A stretch of DNA of 64,000 nucleotides from an uncultured Verrucomicrobiae bacterium (GTDB taxonomy: Bacteria; Verrucomicrobiota; Verrucomicrobiia; Limisphaerales; JAFGQR01). A model generated the notes under the pieces. The model was not told the origin of the DNA, did no database searches, and was given only the letters and a program-made list of their open reading frames with translations. Position numbers and translations under genes: made by a program. The stretch is taken from positions 64,001-128,000 of the forward strand of contig CAWBHS010000038.1 of NCBI GenBank assembly GCA_963788655.1. Reading direction: 5' to 3'. This document shows, one piece after another, positions 58,651-64,000 of this stretch (position 1 is its first letter; every line of letters begins with the position of its first letter).

Positions 58651-59871
58651 GTTTCATTAAATACTTTACACATCACGAAGGCCCGAGATCGAACTTTTTC
58701 CAGCGATGCACCACCGGAGCCGCATTGATTTCCGCGATGCCGCGCAGAATTCTCTCCTTGAGTTCGGCCTTGGATTGCACCCGGATTTGCTTCAAGAACG
58801 TGTGCGCCATCTTGCCAAAGAGCGTTTCGACCAGATTGAGCCAGGAACCGTGCTTGGGCGTGTGAACATAACTGAAGCGGTTGGGTCGCGTTGCCAAGTA
58901 AGCGCGCGTCTCCTTGGAGATGTGAGCCGAGTGGTTATCCAGAATAATCCGTATCGTCACCCCAGCCGGATAATAGGCGTCCAGGTCTTTGAGCAGCGCG
59001 ACGAATTCCCGGCTGCGATGGCGCTCCTCGACCCGCGCCACAACGTGCCCGTCATGCAAATCCAGCGAGGCCAGGATCGAAAGGGTTCCGTGCCGTTTGT
59101 ATTCATGGTCGCGGCTGACGGTGGGGTGTTTCTCCGGCACGGGCGGCAAATCAGGCGCCGTATTGGCAAGGGCCTGCACTCCCGGCTTTTCATCAATGGA
59201 CACCGTGATGACGCTGGGCGCCACGCTCGCGGGTGCCGCCGCCGCTTGGTTCTGCACCGCCACCTCTTGGTAAACCATGAGCACTTCCTTCATCTTAAGC
59301 TCAAATTCCGGATCCCGTCGTTCCAGGTAATACTTCACTTTATGCGGTTGCAGGTGCTGCTCGTCCAGAATCCTTTGCACGGTGGCCTTGGCCGCCTGCG
59401 CCAGGCTGGGGTGGCCTGCGGCTTGCGCCTGCTGGCGCACATGAACCGCCAGCGATTGGCGCGTCCACAGTTCTGCTGCATAGCCAAGTTCCTTAGGCTT
59501 CGTGCAAGCCAAGTGGACCACCCAGACTTTGTCGGCGCTGGTAATAACCGGTTCCTTAGGACGATGAAAAGCGTCTTTGAGCCCGGCTTCGATTCCCATC
59601 TCCAGGGCCTTGTGCAGGCAGTGATAAATGGTGACTCGGCTGATCCCAAGGGCTCTTTGAATCGCCGAAGGGTTGTTGCCTGCGCGGTATTGCAAAAGAA
59701 TCCGCGCCCGTTCAACCTCACGCACCGGCGCGGCACGCGAAGCCTGCAGAGTTTCCAGTCGCTTTTCCTCCTCCGGGCTGAGGACCAAAGCTGGGAGCTT
59801 GGATTTTCCGGCCATGCCCCCGACGGTAGCAGGTCAGGCAGAGTCTGTAAACCTTTTAATGAAACGATGTA
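58651..59871 (-). mobile_element. IS630-family insertion sequence
   Basis: Imperfect terminal IRs GTTTCATTAAA (58651) and TTTAATGAAAC (59855), TA at 59872; encloses one transposase ORF. Confidence 0.88.
58673..59815 (-). CDS. IS630 transposase (intact, 380 aa)
   Basis: N-terminal HTH; DEKPG, YKRHGT, ILDNHSAH, PKHGSWLNLVE DDE triad. Confidence 0.95.
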   Translation of the reverse strand: MAGKSKLPALVLSPEEEKRLETLQASRAAPVREVERARILLQYRAGNNPSAIQRALGISRVTIYHCLHKALEMGIEAGLKDAFHRPKEPVITSADKVWVVHLACTKPKELGYAAELWTRQSLAVHVRQQAQAAGHPSLAQAAKATVQRILDEQHLQPHKVKYYLERRDPEFELKMKEVLMVYQEVAVQNQAAAAPASVAPSVITVSIDEKPGVQALANTAPDLPPVPEKHPTVSRDHEYKRHGTLSILASLDLHDGHVVARVEERHRSREFVALLKDLDAYYPAGVTIRIILDNHSAHISKETRAYLATRPNRFSYVHTPKHGSWLNLVETLFGKMAHTFLKQIRVQSKAELKERILRGIAEINAAPVVHRWKKFDLGPS

Positions 59872-60261
59872 TAGTGGTCCGGCCCAAAGCGCGCTCCGCT
59901 TCGGTGGAGTCGCTAATGTTCGCATTACAGAAAGGCATGTGCCGCGTGCTTGAACTCGACCCGTCCGATGTTGGCGTTTCACGCCGCTGGCTGAATCAAC
60001 GAACCGACCCAAGTGCCGGAGTTGAAATTATTCTTTATGACCGCACGCCCGGTGGCGCGGGGTTTGTCGAGGAAGGAAAAGATCGCTGGACCGCGGTTCT
60101 TGCCGCAGCGATTGATATTTGCCAGACCACGCCAAAGCACGTTTGCGAGATGGCATGCTACGATTGCTTGAAAGACTTCGGCAACCAGTCCTACCACGAC
60201 AAATTGGACCGGCAGTCGGTGTTGCGATTCTTTGGCGTTGGTTCCTGATCAGACGCGCTCT

Positions 60262-60960
60262 ACACCTGACGGCCGGATTTGGTCGGCTTCGTCAATAGTC
60301 TGCCGCTGGTGGTCATCGAGTTGAAGAAGCCCGGCGTGCCCGCGCGCGCGGCGTTCGACGAGAACCTGACGCCACTACAAGCAGCGAACTCTCGGCGTTG
60401 TTCTGGTTCAACGCGCTGCTCATCGCCTCGACCACGGACAGTCGCGTCGGCTCGCTCACGGCGGATTGGGAGCGGTTCTTCGGACCGACTGGAAACGCAT
60501 CGAGCGCGAGGACGAGCCGCACCGGGTGTCGATTGGAGGTGATGCATGCCGGGACGTCGATGGTGCCACATCCGGAAGGATCGCGCCTGCTCGACCTGGT
60601 GGAGAATTTCACGCTGTTCTCGGAGCACAAGCCGGGCTGGGTGAAAATCATCGGGCAGAATCACCAGTACCTTGGCGTGAACAACGCCATCGCCTCGGCG
60701 TGCTACAGGAAATGGTGAACGCCCGTCCGCATCACGGTCCGATTCCGCGAACCCAACGGCGTGGGTGTCTTCTGGCAATCCCAAGGTTCGGGGAAATCCT
60801 ATTTGATGGTGTTCTTCGCGCAGAAGGTGCTGCGCAAGGTGGCGGGCAACTGGACGTTTGTAGTCGTGAACGATCGCGTTGAGCTGGACGACCAGATCGC
60901 CATGACCTTCGAGGCGCTCACCGCGACGCTGAAGCGTGGACAGCGACGTTGTATCGAGCA
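60262..60960 (+). pseudogene. hsdR: Type I restriction endonuclease subunit R remnant
   Basis: RPDLVGFVNSLPLVVIELKK, LDLVENFTLF, NHQYLGVN, WQSQGSGKS, VVNDRVELDDQI; several frameshifts, stop codons and deletions. Confidence 0.85.
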
Positions 60961-60981
60961 ACCTGCTATATCGATGTTCTG

Positions 60982-61797
60982 TCAATGGGCCGGCGCCATC
61001 GTTTTGATCCACCACTGAATCAGCTCGATTTCGGCGCGCGTGGGCTGGGGCTTGCCTTCGGGGGGCATGTGGTCATCGTCGCTCAACGGGAGCAGCAAGC
61101 GTTGAATGATATGGCTGTCGCTGGCCTGGCCCGCCACAAAGATGGGGCCGCTGCTTCCTCCTTTCCCCACCGCCTCCCAACTATCCAGCCGCAGGCCGCT
61201 TTTGTGTTTCTCCGCGCCATGGCAGGCGGAGCACCGGTCCTTCAAGATGGGTTGCACCAGTTCGTTAAACACCTGCCGTGACATCGAGTCGGAATTGCCA
61301 GCTTCCGTGGTGGCCGGAAGAGTTTCGCCCCCAATCCATCGGCGCAACGGCGCGGGCGCAAAGCGGACAAGAAAGTCGCGACCGTGAGTAATCGAGCCGC
61401 CCAGGTGACTGGCCACCACCAGCAGACCCAGAGCCCCGGCCAGCGAGAGTTGGTAGGCCCGCGCTCGGTGGCCAAGGCTCAGCAGCCACGTGGTCGTGCA
61501 GACGCCGGCGAAGGCGAGGCCGGTCCACTTGTGCCAGCGCAAGAGTTCGGCATCGTAACCGCCCGATTGCGAGAGCAGCCAACCACCGGCCGCGGCAGTC
61601 AGGGAACTCAGCGCCACCACACCCAGGAGCAATTGCCGGTTCTGTGCCGCTCGTTGAAAATGTGAAAACCTCGCCAGCACTTCCAGCAGGCCCACCAGGA
61701 TCAGTCCACCAATTGGCAAATGGACCAACAACGGATGAAAGCGGCCGAGGAAGAGAATCAAATCATGGCCCGTTTCCGTCATAACGAATACCTGCAT
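60982..61797 (-). CDS. DUF2231-type 4-TM membrane protein fused to a planctomycete-type monoheme cytochrome c
   Basis: GRFHPLLVHLPIG, WHKW, SHLGGSITHG; CSACHG..GLRLD..HMPPEGKPQ..IQWWI. Confidence 0.88.
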   Translation of the reverse strand: MQVFVMTETGHDLILFLGRFHPLLVHLPIGGLILVGLLEVLARFSHFQRAAQNRQLLLGVVALSSLTAAAGGWLLSQSGGYDAELLRWHKWTGLAFAGVCTTTWLLSLGHRARAYQLSLAGALGLLVVASHLGGSITHGRDFLVRFAPAPLRRWIGGETLPATTEAGNSDSMSRQVFNELVQPILKDRCSACHGAEKHKSGLRLDSWEAVGKGGSSGPIFVAGQASDSHIIQRLLLPLSDDDHMPPEGKPQPTRAEIELIQWWIKTMAPAH

Positions 61798-61810
61798 TCA
61801 ACGGCTTCCT

Positions 61811-64000
61811 CTATGGCCACGTCCAATTCAACGTCGCAAACACCGCGTGTGCGGTGTAATCGCGGAAACTGCCGCTGGTCGGCTCGCGGTAGTCGAAGTA
61901 GCCGTAACGCAATCCGACGGTGGCGTTCTGATTGAGCCGCCGGGTGAAGCCGGTCTGAAGGGTGTGCATCTCGAAATCAATGCCCACCGGCAAACCAGCA
62001 GCGATGTTATCCTGTCCGTAGGACGCCCGCGAAAAGGAATACGCGGCGGTCCAATCCGTCGTCCGGTTCAGTAAGAACGTGCCGCTGGCGATCACGCTGT
62101 AAACGTCGCCGCGGTATGGCACCACGGAAGGGAGTTCATTCTGGGCGGTGGCGGTGCGTGAATCACGGTAGGAAAACGTGGTGGAAAGGTAAAGCTGGCG
62201 CCAGGGGGTGAGGACGAAGTTCGCGCTATAGATGTTGGCGTCGTAATTGCCGGCGAAAACGGTCCCGCCCGGCGAGGCCAGTCCGCCAAACGCGCTGTCG
62301 GTGTCCGTATGATAATCGGAAGCCGAAAGCTGGTAACTCAGACTTGTTTTCAGCCAGCGGGCGGGGCGCAACACCAGCTTGGCTGCCACTTCGTCGGACT
62401 CGATTTGGCGGGAACGAATAAAGGCGGAGTAACCTTCGTTTGGTCCTTCGAAGGGTTGCCCCACAAAGGCCAGATCCCGGAGATGGTCGTAATCGCTGGC
62501 CTTGTTGCGATGACGATATTGCACGTTCAAAGAAACCCGCGCCCAGGGCGATACGGAGAAGCCGGCTCGGTAATCCTTCAAGTCGCCGGTGGCATCGGTA
62601 TCGCGCAGGAAATCATGATGGCCGCCTTGCTGTTGTTCGAACTGCCCGTAGCTTTCCTGCTGGAACCGCGTTTCCGCGAACAGGACGGTGAAGGGGATTC
62701 GCGTGTAGCGCAGCGCAAAGCGTTCATCGGACGCGAAGCGGTCCAGGTTTGCGCTTAGCAGGATGTTGTTCTCGGGAAAGCCGGTTGGCTGCTGTTCCTC
62801 GAGATTGGCGTGGCCCAGTCCTTCCTGGTGCATCCATTGATGCTGCAGGCTGGCGGTGAAGGCCAAACCTTTCCACGGCCCCAGCATCGCATTGTAGTTG
62901 AAGACGTGCGTTTGCTGCTCCAACACAATGGCGTTGGCGGTCCAAAAACTGTCATCGGACGAAAAGCCCGTGGTGGCCGTGGGGGTGAGCAAAGTGGTCA
63001 CATTCAGCGTCGGCGGTGCCGTCAAGCCGGCTGTAAAGGTAGCCGCCGGAAAGCAGCAGCCAGTTCTTTACTTGTTTCTCCAACCGGAACGTATTGGCCG
63101 CTTGGAAATGATCATACCCGTCTTGGGCCAATAGGTAGCGGTCAAGATTCCCGTCGTCGGTGTTATAGAACGCCGTGTTGTTCCGTCGCGTTTTTACGTC
63201 GTAGAACTCGACGCGAAAGTTGTCTTCCAAACTGATCCCCTTAAGGTCATGGCTCACGTCCAACTTCAGAATGTGATTTCGCTCCTCCATGTCCTTCGCG
63301 GCGGGATAGATGTTCTTCACGTCGGTTCCGAAAACATGCGCTGGGATGGTCCCCACCGGCCCCCACTGCAACGTGGACTTGGTGCCATCTTTATACTGGT
63401 ATTCGTAACCCAACACCACCCGTGGCCAGTGCGGCAAGGTCAGCCCAACGTCCGCCCAGGCGCGACCGATGTCCAGGCCCGGCGCGCGGTCCAGCGTGAA
63501 GGCTGAGGGAACAAGCAACGGATCATAGCCGCCGGTATCGTCGAAATACTTCCGATACTGAGTGAAACCAAAACGTACGAAGCCGAGTTCGGACTTCTTA
63601 ATGTCGAGCCTCAGCTTGTAGTCATCGCGCAAGGCGTGACCATCGAGGCGCACGTTGACGCCGTTGGTGAAGTGTTGCTGGAACTGAAACGCTTCCGCCC
63701 CACCGTTCCAACCGCGCGGCACCCAGTGATGCTCCTCGAACGCCTGGGCATTGCCATGAACTCCGATCCAACCCGCCGTGGGTTTGATCGACAACACCGC
63801 CTGGGTCATCTCGCCGCCTGTTTCCCAGGGCACCCCTTGATCAATCCAGGCGCGGAGCAAACCGATCTGCTCTGGAGTCAATGGGGCGCCCTTACCCGGC
63901 GGCGGCATTTCCATGTCCTCCACCAACCGACTCACGTAATGAATGAGCGGGCTCTTCGCGCTGTCACCGGGAAGGATGTCCACACCGTTGGCGCCGCCTT
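61811..64000 (-). CDS. Cytochrome c domain fused to an MtrB/PioB-like outer-membrane beta-barrel (5' partial; frameshift ~63020)
   Basis: GGANGVDILPGDSAKSPLIHYV...MEMPP...LRAWIDQG, then G..QAFEEH, QYRKYFDDTG, amphipathic strands and terminal YDY...DYTAHAVFATLNWTWP. Confidence 0.72.

Larger units (their letters stand above)
58490..60248 (+). pseudogene. C-terminal remnant of a DUF1998 (MrfA-like Zn-binding) helicase, interrupted by IS630
   Basis: IAYGHEFRSYCL left of the IS; IVVRP...ILYDRTPGGAGF...CEMACYDCLKDFGNQ right of it. No helicase motifs upstream. Confidence 0.75.

Noticed and set aside
1..64000. CRISPR array, rRNA, tRNA, prophage or integrase
   Set aside because: No regularly spaced repeats, RNA gene signatures, or phage/recombinase motifs seen by eye.

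Overview
GC-rich bacterial DNA, most consistent with the PVC superphylum and probably Verrucomicrobiota. This is an inference from the PQQ-type propeller proteins, planctomycete-type cytochrome c domains, orphan pilin-like gene and REP-like palindromes. From left to right the window holds: (1) a minus-strand flagellar basal-body/hook/export operon, flgB-flgC-fliE-F-G-H-I-J-(MotE/YlxF-like)-fliK-flgD-flgE-fliL-M-N-O-(fliP, partial), with a sigma54-type promoter and upstream palindromes; (2) an FN3/CARDB surface protein, a PQQ-type propeller and a nitroreductase; (3) a minimal wza-wzc-O-antigen-ligase-family polysaccharide unit; (4) tamB-tamA and a lipoprotein M3 peptidase; (5) a decayed patch of gene fragments, an AbrB/PIN toxin-antitoxin pair, an ECF sigma factor and an FAD oxidoreductase; (6) three orphan exported proteins next to a ~210-nt highly base-paired non-coding element; (7) a MarR-adjacent cluster of two PQQ-type propellers, an EhpF/PaaK-like adenylating enzyme, a small protein and an Fe-ADH; (8) glgB, DUF456, a truncated Ser/Thr kinase, a GH36 and a pilin-like gene; (9) an IS630 inserted in a DUF1998 helicase remnant beside an hsdR remnant; (10) a DUF2231-cytochrome c gene downstream of a partial gene fusing a cytochrome c domain to an MtrB/PioB-like beta-barrel. 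The most promising leads are (10), (7) and the element in (6). Many otherwise intact genes carry single-base frameshifts, probably sequencing errors. All family assignments come from motif recognition by eye; no database searches were run.
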